Below the pieces are notes generated by a model, which did no database searches, was not told the DNA's origin, and saw only the letters and a program-made list of their open reading frames with translations. From positions 2,790,001-2,854,000 of the forward strand of contig CATNEN010000001.1 in the NCBI GenBank assembly GCA_950097015.1: 64,000 nucleotides of DNA, read 5' to 3'. This DNA comes from Macrostomum hystrix (lineage: Eukaryota > Animalia > Platyhelminthes). Of this stretch, positions 20,591-31,498 are shown one piece after another; the first letter of the stretch is position 1, and each line of letters starts with the position of its first letter. Made by a program: the position numbers and the translations under genes.

Positions 20591-22927
20591 TGAAGTGGGT
20601 GGGCGTTTTGCAAGCGCTGACCTGCACTCATGAGAGAAGATTCCTAGGGCGGGCGACAGAGTCGACTTAAATATCCGCCTAGCTACACGCGAGATGTTGC
20701 GGAGAGAGGGAGGAGATGAAGGGAGAGAGAAGGAGGTTCAGCGGATGCAGGGAGTGGTCCTATCGGCCTCAGGCTGGCCAGTCCCACTCGTCCCATAGGC
20801 CACTGGCATGACTGCCGTGCCTACCCCAAGCCGTGCTCGAAACCGGCTAAAAGTCTAAGGAGAGGTGTCGGACTGCCCGGAATCGGACAGGACAGGGCTA
20901 ACTAGTCTACTGTCGTCAGTAGTGCGTGCGCAACTGACTCCTAACCTTGGTAGCGGTGGTCGAATCGGCCTAGGCTCCTGTCACAGAACTGCGGAAAGGC
21001 TATCGGCAAAGCGGATAGTTGATCTAGGGTAGCGCCACCACCCAATGCGCCTACGTTGCCACCGCAGGCATTTGGGAACTTGGGTCCCCGGAGTACACAG
21101 CTCCTAGTTTATCACGCAGATCTAGACAAGCCGAAAAATAGGGCATTCTGCAACTTCCGTTTTAGACTGGGGGAAGGAACCCAGAATGGATCGAGACACG
21201 CCTCAAAAGGGGATTCCTGAATTCGCGCTACAGTGGTCTAGAAAGGTGGTACTAAGAACTTGAATGAGAATCCATAGCCAGAATCCTACTCATGAAACAT
21301 CAGACACATTCTTTACATTAAACTCCAGCCTACACATTAAGTAACTAACAACCCGAATCTGTGTGAGTTGAGGAAATCAGAGGCTGGAGAGATTAAGCAG
21401 AACACTGGCTGAGTGATTACGCAAGCGCAAGGTTATTAGATCATCACTCTCGCTCCCGTGGCCGCGGTTGCGAGAGGGGGATAGGGGAAAACTCCATTGG
21501 AAAGGGAGTTCGACCCGTACACCTTGAGTCCGCCCAAGAGGAAGAAGGAAAGCCGGCCAAGGTTTCCCCCAACCCCCTGGGAAGAAATGCACGTCCTACA
21601 CTCCGCATTTTGCCTGCAAATCCCTAGCTCCTTATTACTCTTATGCGCGCGTACAGTTGCCTTCCTGCCGCAGCCTTCAGCTCGGCATCACCAGAGCCCA
21701 CCCCCTAGGAGATTAGCCACTCATATCTGAGGGCTGTCTAACAGAGAAATAAAAACAGAGGCTGACGCAGGATGAGAGGATTTAAATTGTGCTTAAATTG
21801 GCCTAAAGTAATTAGTGGCTAGAGTGGTAATGTTTATTAAGCCAAAAGTCCTAACCCTTGCCCATTAAAGTGCCGCCTAGCTTAATAAATAGTCCCTTAG
21901 GATTAGCAATTAAAAACCGCTGCGCGGGTTACTTATCCGGAGGTCGATCGGCCGCGTGCTGCAATCCCGTAGTTCTCGGGGGTGGGGTGGGCAAGATTAG
22001 CGAGGACAGAGAAGGGAAAGCTTATTGCGATGCTGGCAGGGGCCAACGCACCAGGAGCTCAAAGGCTCAATTAGAGGGCTCACCTAAAGAGGTGGCTGTC
22101 GCTACAGGGGGGATGGGAGCAGGCAATGGGCCTGTGAGCGCTGGTCTGAGCTTATAGCTCTAGGGTCTAAGCCCTATGTGGGGGAATTGGGTCCGGAGTA
22201 AGTGTCCTGTGTCCGGTGGGAGTCCGGCCCGGCAAAGGTAAGTCCGGCGGGGGAGAAGAAGGTCGGAGATGGTCCGCCGGGAAGGTCCTAGAGGGAGCAG
22301 CGCAGCGCGCTTGCTTAAATAGTCTTGCAGCACGCCAACCCCGACATCCATCAAAGCAGCCCGCATTCGCGCCAGCCTATCAACGGGGAATCGAAGCGGC
22401 GATGGGCCGCCCCGATTACCCAATGAACCGACGGCGGGAAACGACAGATGTTCTGCGCGAACAGCCGTCGGCAGTCGGCCAATGATTGTTACTCCGCCGG
22501 GACAATGGGAAGCGCAGGCGCCGACCTGCCTACAGTGACATTTACATGTATCTAAAAGGAGGGAGGTCATAAAGTCGAGCTGGGCTCGAATACTGTAAAG
22601 AAGTGGGGACATGAAGAATTAATGATCACTCATAACGCCCGAGTGATTCCCGATATCTGATCGCGGTTTGGAGGGGAATTATGACCTAAACTACTCATAT
22701 AATAAAAGTTATGGCCGCGATCAGTCATTCCTACAGGGGTCTAGACAGATCCCGGGAGAAGGGATTCGACGGCTACTTAATTCACCGCCGCCCCAAACCC
22801 GGCCCTAAGATTAATGATCTTGTTTGTGGCCAGCTGCTAGGTGGGTCGCGATTATTGATTGCCTAAAAATTTGAAAAATTCCGCTGGCTCACGTTCCCAC
22901 TCGATTCCCGCAGCACACTCCACATCA
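20591..22927 (-). repeat. 3' LTR (copy A, 2337 bp)
   Basis: Ends tgaagtgg...ccacatca (imperfect inverted). Minus-strand TATA at 22315-22321 and AATAAA at 21833-21838. Adjacent PPT. Confidence 0.92.
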
Positions 22928-22947
22928 CTCCACCTTCGCTCACTTTC
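22928..22947 (-). other. Polypurine tract
   Basis: Minus-strand gaaagtgagcgaaggtggag abuts the LTR TG. Same at 53587-53606. Confidence 0.8.
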
Positions 22948-23856
22948 ACGTAAGACACTTACGTGCCTACTGACAGTAGTAGCGGGGTGTCTCGAGAATC
23001 GAGGGGAAAAATTAACTACAACATACGGTACAGAACCCTAAGAAGAATTCCGCTAGAGAAGAATCCTAGTGCGTACGTACGTACGGATACATCTATAAAT
23101 AGATTGGTGCATGAGTATAAAATGGTCGGCGCCCCTAGTGATTACGGTATAGCGTCCTATGGGGGGTGGGTGCGCATTCCAGTCGCGGCAAAGAAAGTTC
23201 CTCGGTGCCCAGTGGGGTGCCGTGTCCCAACTCGCCGTCTTCTCCAGGTGGCCGCAGCTGTCCCAGTCTCCCTTGCCCGGCTTGGTCTTGGTTGCGCAAT
23301 CCGGGGAGGCTCCGGCCGTCGTTTCCTTGAGTCCGAGGGGTTCGGCCGTGCTCTCCCCAGGTGGCTCCATATTGGTCGGCCCGTTCTGCGCCTCGCCAGT
23401 TCCGTTGCCGGGCCTTGGTAGCCTCAGATTCGCCGCGCGCCCAGGTGTTTCCGGCTGGCCGTGCCCGAAAATTCCCGCAGGGCCGGTTGCCTAGCCGTTG
23501 CGCGCGGTCCAATCGGCGCTGCAGCTGGTCACAGCTGGGGAGACCGCTGCTCAGGCCGCTCGGTGGTGCTGTTGCCGGCCGCAGCGTCTCCGCACCGAAA
23601 AGGTCAGGGCCCCAACAACTAAACTGTTACTATGGACCCCCTATACTGGAATTTCCCAGATCTCCCTCTGGCTTCCCATTGGCTGGCGTTCCCGCCACCA
23701 TAACCCCTAAACTAAGTGCTATAAAAACAACCACTTAACGCCCCATTAAACTCAAGCTGCTATCTTTCCGAGAAACTAGCTAGATAAATCTTCTGCTTCC
23801 TTGACTAAAAGTAAAGTCAACAGCCTGCCTACTCGTTCTCATACTCGAAACGGATT

Positions 23857-24523
23857 ATGGCCCAGCCGCAATCTGCTGAAGAAAGGTGAGTTATTTTTGC
23901 TTCTACTCGCCCCCCCCAAGGCCGGTTATTAAGGGGTTATTACGAGGTTAATTGCATAATAATAGAAACAGAGGTAATTATTGTCCCCGGCACGCCCAGC
24001 TTGTTCCCACTGCGATTGCTCCCAGTATGGGCGCTGAATCTCCCTCGCCCTGACTCTATTGGCTAAACAACCCGCTGAAACCCGAAGTTTTAGATTTAGA
24101 ATAGATTGAATTGCATAATTATCATACTCTCTGGCGGTTGCCACTACAAATTCTCCTAATTTCACTGTCCTAACTTTCAGAGGTGATCTGTCGCAGTCGA
24201 GCACCCTGCCGGCCCTGCGAACTGCCGCCGGAAGCGAGGCGCCGATCCGAGTTACATTTGCCATTCGTAAGTTGAAAACCCTTTTTTGTGAACAATGTAC
24301 TCATCCTAGCCACCATTTGAACCCACGACTAGGCAGCTCATCCATTAGAGTCCCTTACAAAAGCAAAACTGCCCCCCCTTCCGCAGACATCGACCTGCCA
24401 CTGGGCCGCGAGGCCGCACTGGGTGCCATTGCGTTTGGCGTTTTGAGGGGCCCGGTCGGTTGTGCCCTCTGCGTCGGCCTGGCCGCCGCTGCCTTGGCCA
24501 TGGCCGCCTTGCCCTTTTTCTAA
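23857..24523 (+). CDS. Antisense 3-exon gene for 83-aa C-terminally membrane-anchored microprotein (exons 23857-23885, 24181-24266, 24387-24523)
   Basis: Canonical GT-AG sites give an open frame: MAQPQSAEERGDLSQSSTLPALRTAAGSEAPIRVTFAIHIDLPLGREAALGAIAFGVLRGPVGCALCVGLAAAALAMAALPFF*. TATAAAA at 23720, ATTAAA at 24595. A homologue lies at 63157-63789. Confidence 0.75.
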
Positions 24524-25544
24524 GCTCGCCCATTAGGGCGCGATGAACTCTTCTTCCTATTTTTTGCATGTCTTATCGATGCTGTCGTTACACAATTAAA
24601 CAGCCTATTGTGGAAAGAGCACGGACTGCTTACGATCTTGCCTAATGATTTTGGCTAATGATTAACTTATTGCTGTCCCTTTGTTGAAATTATTTTCAAT
24701 TTATGTGGCTCAACTTTACGGCCGCCCAGCGACAAAAAGTAACAAAATTTATTCTGACTGCTAATCTCCATTTGCAGTAGGCCTAGGCTCCCAATTTGAA
24801 CAATCTATGCCGGAACCCCTACTCAGGTGCCCACCACGAACAAAGCTAGCAAACAAGTCCCCATGAAATGTGATTTTTTTATTCCCAGAGGATAAAAAGC
24901 CCATTGTTCAAAATCTGCGGCACGTGGAAATAAACAGATCGTCTCCCACAGATTTCAGCTAGGTGACCCTGTCGGCCTCTTGATTTACTACCGCCCACTT
25001 CTAATCAAACATTGAATTCCCACATGCAGCATACCACCCCGCTCACTTTGGCGGGTTGGTCGGCCTCTAAGATAGAATTCCCTCCTAAGATAGAAGCCGA
25101 CATAAGCTAACTCCCGAAAACCATGCAAAAACGAGAGATAACAAGTGCCATTCATGAAGCAGTGCAAATAAGGTTATAAGTATTTAAGAAACAGAAGGTG
25201 CAAACCCTAATATGCTGCAGTTATCGAACAATCTCATGCGAAAACTTACGAGGGGAATTTCACCCCACTAAATATGTTTTTGTGATTTGGGCTAGATTAT
25301 AATAATTTTTAAGTGGATTTTTGGCGCCAAGATGGCTTCAGATGAAAAAGGAAAACACAACGATGCGAGGAAGAAAGTGCTCGGTGCGAATTGTTACTAA
25401 AAGGAGTTAGGGGGGGGCAGGGATGAAAAGGGATGGAGGGCAAGGGAAATGGAAGGCACGGGAGAAAGTCCAGTGCGTAGGAGTCCTACTGTTGCTGTCC
25501 GCGGACACCCTTTCTTTGCCCAAGCCTTGAGCCTTCCTACCCAC

Positions 25545-26168
25545 CTACTCTTCCTTAATGGCCGTGCTCTCTGCTAACACCCCGCTTCCGTATTCCTCTT
25601 CCACCTGTCTCACCATTTGGCCCAGCGTGTAGTCCCCTGGCGGTGTCTCCTCGGCGGGGCCGTCCTCGGACAACTCGCGCCACCAGGGTGCGTGGCCCGG
25701 GCCAGGCACCATCCGTAGGGCATTCTCGTCGCCTCCTACCATCCGCACCACCAGCTGATGTTCCAGCACCGCTTCGCCGGGAATCCGCGCGGCCTGCAGC
25801 CATGAAACGAGCTACCTTGGCACCGACATGGCCCAGTCCGCAGGCGGACTGTAGGCAGGCCACCGCAGGTTCCACGGCAGCGTAGCCTCATCTTCTTTCG
25901 GCGGGAGGGGGTCTCGTTCCTCGCACCACGCTTGTGCCAGCCACCGGTCTTCGGCCACCCGGCATGCGAGGGCGAGATCCACGCCGGCGTGGGCTGCGCG
26001 ACCCAGGGTGGGGAGCAACCACAGGCGGATTACGAGCCATGTTCTTTTACAGGCCAGCTCCCGCCGATAGTCAGTCGCAGCCGCTTCCATCCACCAGGCT
26101 ACTACGGCTCCCATACCGGCCATTGCTACGAGACGTGAAATAAACTCTCTGCTCTTCGAATCTGCCAT
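25545..26168 (-). pseudogene. Unknown ORF at env position (~207 codons, one in-frame TAG at 25812-14)
   Basis: ORFs 25812-26168 and 25545-25769 share a frame. A long polypyrimidine tract + AG lies ~20 nt upstream of the ATG. Confidence 0.55.
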
Positions 26169-26262
26169 TCCTCACCCTCGCCTAAACCTAAATAAGAAAA
26201 GAAAGGGGGGGAAGAAAGAGGAAAAGAGGGGGGTGGGGTATTCTGCCTTGGCAAACCAGGAC

Positions 26263-26696
26263 CTAGTGGGCAGACTTCCGCCTGAGCGAGAACGGGAGAA
26301 ATTGGCGATAAATGATTAATTGGCGCGAGTCAAAGTCGAGGATGGCATGATGATGAGCCAACCAGGAGGCGCCGAAGAGGGGAGAGCAGTCGCCCTCGAA
26401 CACCAGGAACAGCGTGTCCAGTGCTTCGGCGCCAACCTGTAATTTGACCTTGACTTGCGCCCATACAATAATAGGGGTGCCTTTATACGCAAATAGGGAA
26501 AATTGGGGGGTTCAAATTGATAGTGATGGAAAATTGATGAAAGCGAGTCCGGGATCACATTAACCATAGACCCCGTGTCGATGAGGAGGTCTAGGGGCGC
26601 CCCTTTCACCTCCAAGGCGATCCACACCTCACTAAGCTGCTCAGAGCGATTGGGGCGGGTTCGCACTCGGGTGGGGACTCGGCCGAGTGAGTTCAC
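26263..26696 (-). pseudogene. Retropepsin-type aspartic protease, frameshifted
   Basis: LDLLIDTGSMVNVI; after a shift near 26460, LFLVFEGDCSPLFGASWL..AILDF...SAH* ends at a stop (26263). Confidence 0.8.
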
Positions 26697-27769
26697 TCGG
26701 ACTTCTCGGGAGGCGGGGGCAGTGGGGGCCGCGGCTCCGACATTCGGGCCGCCTGCGGCGCATCCGGGGAGTCGTTCCGCCTCCAGTTGGCGGCCCTGCT
26801 GCCGTTTCCCGCATCGCCGTTGTGATGCATCCCCCTGGCTTCCCGCGACCGGCCATTCCTGGAGTGCCAGTAGTGCCCATTCGGGTGCGGGCAGGAGGGG
26901 AGGGTGGCGATTGGGGCTGGGCCGCGCAGCTGCCGCGATACTTCCGCCAGCTGCTGCGTCACCTTGGAGAGTTCCTGCATCATCAGGAGCTGCAGCTCTT
27001 GTTGACCGGGGCCCGCAGTACTGGGCTCCCCTTCCTCATCCAAGGCGCGGATCTGGCGCACCCGCCGCCTAGGGTCGCGTTCAGCCGCCATCTCGTAAGC
27101 CTGGGTCGCAGCGCGCAATTCGGCGGCTGCTTCCTCAGCAGTGGCGAATTCAATCCGCATCACCGGTGCCAGCACCTCCTGTGGCGCCTGGATGCCTTCC
27201 ATAAAGGTGGTCAGCAAAGCCTGCTCAAACGGCTCTCCACGGCCGGTGGGGTTAGTCTGCAAGGCCGTGGCACGCACACATGCGGCGAAGGACGCGTAAG
27301 TCTCTTCGCGACCCTGCTTCAGATTGCGCCCGTTGAGGAGTCGGGCGTAGGGGGTGCAAGCACCACTGAGTGCTTCTGTTAAGTCTTGCACGAAGCGTGC
27401 GTAAGTGGCGCGGCGGGGCAGGGCCATGGCCTGCGTGAGGGGCTCCCCTCCCAAATGGGCCAGAAGGGTGAGGATCTTCTCCTCCTCCGCCTCCACTCCC
27501 TCAGCTTCAAGCTTCAAGTTGAACCGGCGCAACCAGCGCGGGAGTGAGTCCTTCAGGGACTCAAAAGGTTCAACGGCCACCTTAATTCGGTGGTTTCGGG
27601 GGCGGCGCACTTTGAGGCGCTCCAGCAAGGAGGCTAGGCGCTCGACAGGGTCAGCATGTTGAGCTGCCGCAGCCGCTGGGGGTTCGGCGCGCGCCGCAGC
27701 TGCGGCGCGGCCTCTAGGTGGGCGGCCAGTTCCGACCGCCTCCACCACCTCATCCTCCTGGTCGGACAT
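26693..27769 (-). CDS. gag: Gag-like capsid protein (358 aa)
   Basis: PFES...WLRRF...KILTLLAHLGGEPL and the MHR-like LKQGREETYASFA...LLTTFMEGI. Lies downstream of the PBS. Confidence 0.85.
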   Translation of the reverse strand: MSDQEDEVVEAVGTGRPPRGRAAAAARAEPPAAAAAQHADPVERLASLLERLKVRRPRNHRIKVAVEPFESLKDSLPRWLRRFNLKLEAEGVEAEEEKILTLLAHLGGEPLTQAMALPRRATYARFVQDLTEALSGACTPYARLLNGRNLKQGREETYASFAACVRATALQTNPTGRGEPFEQALLTTFMEGIQAPQEVLAPVMRIEFATAEEAAAELRAATQAYEMAAERDPRRRVRQIRALDEEGEPSTAGPGQQELQLLMMQELSKVTQQLAEVSRQLRGPAPIATLPSCPHPNGHYWHSRNGRSREARGMHHNGDAGNGSRAANWRRNDSPDAPQAARMSEPRPPLPPPPEKSE

Positions 27770-28267
27770 GTTTTCGGCCAAAAGAGGGAATGAGGATTTT
27801 GCAAATTGAAGGGGGGGTATTCGCTACTGCAACAATGGGGGAGAGAAGGGTGGGGGTTGAGCAGTGCTCTGCGCACGACCAGGGGCCGTGGGAAATAGAT
27901 AAAGAAAAAGGGGGCCCGGCTGACTTACGTCACCCGACCTAGAAAATGATCAAGGAGAAACCCCGGCCTAATAAATAATCACTGCGATGCAGTGGCCGAT
28001 AAGCGAACAAAAGAAAAGAATGGGGGAGAGAAAAGGGTCTGGGGCCCTGGCTAGCTTTTGCTTCCAGCCTTGGCTACGGACAACTGCTTGCGCGCACTCA
28101 AGTTTGGGACATAGAAGTCTAGGTTTTAACTTAGCACTCATTCTGCAACCCTATAGCGGACTGTTACACTATAGGTACGGCGGGGCCAGCACCACCACAA
28201 GCCTGCGCCTGCAGCAGCCTGCCACCCTACCTTTGGAAAGCACACGCCTCGATAAGATACTCAGAGA

Positions 28268-28798
28268 AAAGATAATCCCCGACTCGCTCAGGGAGTCATC
28301 GATTCCCGGCTGCATTGCCGGGGGCTCCCCTCGCGATTTACGAGACCGTGAAACCCAGGATTCATGTGCCTGGAACCTCGCTCGGATAGGAGTCCATAGG
28401 GGCAAAGCCCGGTTACTGCATTTAGACCATCCCTCAAAGAATCTCTTAGAAAGACGTGCCGACCGAATTCTAGCCTATCCTTAAGGTCGGCAGCTTCGGG
28501 AAGCGGGCACGGGTGCCGTTAGACCCCCTCAAAGTCCCACTCCCCTAACTGTTCCCCACCTAAGTTAGACTTACTCAAAGCTACGTGGCACCTTCAGAAT
28601 CAGGTACATGCAAGCGGGCCATCCGTGACGCCCAAGGCAAAGATAATCCCCGAATTCGCTAAGAGGGCCCTTCCCGGATGGGTTGCCGGGGGCTCACCCC
28701 CGCGATTTACGAGACTGGGAAGCCCAGGGTGAATACACCCGGGATCTCGCTCGGATAGGAGTCCGTGGCTAAGCCCGGTTACTGCATTTAGACCACCC
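28268..28798. repeat. Diverged ~165-bp duplication in the retroelement 5' UTR (28268-28433 / 28639-28798)
   Basis: Shared blocks aaagataatccccga, ttgccgggggctc, cgcgatttacgagac, ctcgctcggataggagtcc and aagcccggttactgcatttagacca. Confidence 0.8.
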
Positions 28799-29150
28799 CC
28801 GCCCAAAACAATCACGCAGGAAAAACCCAGCAGACAGTCCCCAACTCCTGCAGTAGCCACATAACCCGAAGACACTCTAGCATGAAGTCCGCTCACACAG
28901 CCTACTCATAGTAGAAAGTCACTAATCAGAATTTTAAAAATTCTAACAAGAGCTAAATTAAATTAAAATCAAGTTGCGACTGTTCGAAAATTAAATGACA
29001 GCCACTAGAACTGAGATTCACTCTTTAGAGATAAGATTTAGGCATACGGAAAATGAAATCTAGAAGGAGCCCTTTCGGCTAGCTACCACAGAAATCTGCG
29101 GCGCTAAACTAACAATTGAAATTTTCAAGTTCGTTTCGCGCCCTTTCAAA

Positions 29151-29168
29151 ATCCCACCGCTGCCACCA
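29151..29168 (-). other. Primer-binding site, tRNA-Leu
   Basis: Minus-strand TGGTGGCAGCGGTGGGAT, 2 nt from the LTR end, complementary to the 3' end of eukaryotic tRNA-Leu(AAG/TAG). Confidence 0.88.
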
Positions 29169-29170
29169 TT

Positions 29171-31496
29171 TGAAATGGATTAGGTGTTTGCAAGCGCTGA
29201 CCTGCCCTCGTGAGAGAAGACTCCTAAGGCGGGCGATAGAGTCGACTTAAATATCCGCCTAGCTACACGCGGGATGCCGCGGAGAGAGAGGAGATGAAGG
29301 AAGAGAGAGAGAAGGAGGTTCAGCGGATGCAGGGAGTGGTCCTATCGGCCTCAGGCTGGCCAGTCCCACTCGTCCCATAGGCCACAGGCGTGACAGCCGT
29401 GCCTACCCCAAGCAATGCTCGAAACCGGCTAAAAGTCTAAGAAGAGGGTCGGACTGTCCGGAATCGGACAGGGCAGGGCTAACTAGTCTACTGCCATCAG
29501 TAGCATGTAAGTAACTGACTCCTAACCTTGGTAGCGGTGGTCGAAACGGCCCAGGCTCTTGTCACAGAAATGCGGAAAGGCTATTGGCAAAGCGGAAAAT
29601 GATCTCAGGTAGCGCCACCACCCAATGCGCCTACGTTGCCACCGCAGACATTTGGGAACTTGGGTCCCCGGAGTACACAGCTCCTAGTTTATCACGCAGA
29701 TCTAGACAAGCTGAAAAATAGGGCATTCTGCAACTTCCGTTTTAGACTGGGGTGAGAGCCCCAGAATGGATCGAGACACGCCTCAAAAGGGGATTCCTGA
29801 ATTCGCGCTACAGGGGTCTAGAAAGGTGGTACTCAGAACTCGAATGAAAATCCATAGCCGGAATCCTACTCATGAAACATCAGGCACATTCTTTACATTA
29901 GACTGCAGCCTACACATTAGGTAACTAACAAATCCGAATCTGTGTGAGATGAGGAAATCAGAGGCTGGAGAGATTAAGCAGAACACTGGCTGAGTGATTA
30001 CGCAAGCGCAAGATTATTAGATCATCACTCTCGCTCCCGTGGCCGCAGTTGCGAGAGGGGGATAGGGGAAAACTCCATTGGAAAGGGAGTTCGACACGTA
30101 CACCTTGAACCCGCCCGAGAGGAAGAAGGAAAGCCGGCAAAGGATTCCCCCGACCTCCTAGGAAGAAATGCACGTCCTACACTCCGCATTTTGCTCGCGA
30201 ACCCCTAGCTCCTTATTACTCTTATGCGCGCTTACAGTTGCCTTCCTGCCGCAGCCTTCGGCTCGGCATCACCAGAACCCGCCCCCCTATGCGATTAGCC
30301 ACTCATGATAGAGGGCTGTCTAACGATAAAATAAAGGTGAAAAAGAGGCATAGTAAAATAATTAGGTTGATGTTAAAAATTAGCCCAATAAGTTTAAGGT
30401 GCTTTAGATTAGACGGTTTATTAGGCTGAAAACTTCCCTAACTTCCCTCCCACTAAGTGCCGCCTAACTAAAAGTAAATTGTCCCTTAGGATTAACAATA
30501 ACAAACCGCTGCGCGGATTACTTAGCTGAACCTCGCTTGGCAGCGTGCTGCAGTCCCGTTGTTCTCGGGGAGAAAGGATGGGCAAAACAGTAAGGCAGAG
30601 AAAGGAGGCTTCTGCGAGTTGGCAGGGGCCAACACACTGGGAGCTCAGAGGCTCAATTTAGAGCTCACCTAAAGAGGTGGCTTGCGCTTAGGGAATGGGA
30701 ACAGGCAATCGGCCTGTACTATCTGCTCGGAGCTCAAGGCTCAAGGGTCTAAGCCCTACGTGGGTCCGGAATAGTGCTCTGGGTCCGGTGGGAGTCCGGC
30801 CCGGCAAGGAAGTAGGTCCGGGAAAGGAGAGGAAAGGTAGGTCTCCCGGAAAGGTTAGGTTCCTAGGGGCAGCGCAGCGCGCTTTCTTAAATAGTCCTGC
30901 AGCACGCCAACCCCGACATCCATCAAAATAACCCACATTCGCGCCAGCCTGTCAACGGGGAATCGAAGCGGCGATGGCCGCCCCGATTACCCAATGAACC
31001 GACGGCGGGAAACGACAGATGTTCTGCTCGAACAGCCGTCGGCAGTCGGCCAATGATTGTTACTCCGCCAGGACAATGGGAAGCGCAGGCGCCGACCTGC
31101 CTACAGTGACATTTACATGTATCTAAAGGAGGGAGGTCATAAAGTCGAGCTGGGCTCGAATACTGTAAAGAAGTGGGGACACGAAGAATTAATGATCACT
31201 CATAATGCCCGAGTGATTCCCAATATCTGATCGCGGTTTGGAGGGGAATTATGACCTAAACTATTCATACAATAAAGCTGTGGCCGCGATCAGTCATTCC
31301 TACAGGGGTCTAGACAGATCCAGGGAGAGGGGATTCGACGGCTACTTAATTCACCGCCGCCCCAAACCCGGCCCTAAGATTAATGATCGTGTTTGCGGCC
31401 AGCTGCTATGAGGGTCGCAATTATTAGGTACTTAAAAATTTGAAAAATTATGCTGGCTCACACTCCCACTCGATTCCCGCAGCACACTCCACATCA
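29171..31496 (-). repeat. 5' LTR (copy B)
   Basis: tgaaatgg...ccacatca. Colinear with copy A but visibly diverged, and closer to copy C. Confidence 0.92.
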
Positions 31497-31498
31497 TA

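Larger units (their letters stand above)
20591..31496 (-). mobile_element. Gypsy-like LTR retroelement lacking RT/RNaseH/integrase (gag-protease + accessory genes)
   Basis: Two ~2.3-kb LTRs with TG..CA ends, a tRNA-Leu PBS, a PPT, gag and a DTG protease. No pol domains between protease and PPT. Confidence 0.85.

Noticed and set aside
21377-22612. Short ORFs recurring in LTR copies
   Set aside because: Starts, stops and frames differ between copies A-D. Recurrence reflects DNA repetition only.
22963-23738. ORFs in the GC-rich segment next to the PPT
   Set aside because: Several frames are open on both strands and copy C has frame-changing indels, so no frame can be supported.
29151-29168. 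tRNA-Leu gene
   Set aside because: Only the 18-nt 3' end including CCA is present, which makes it a PBS.
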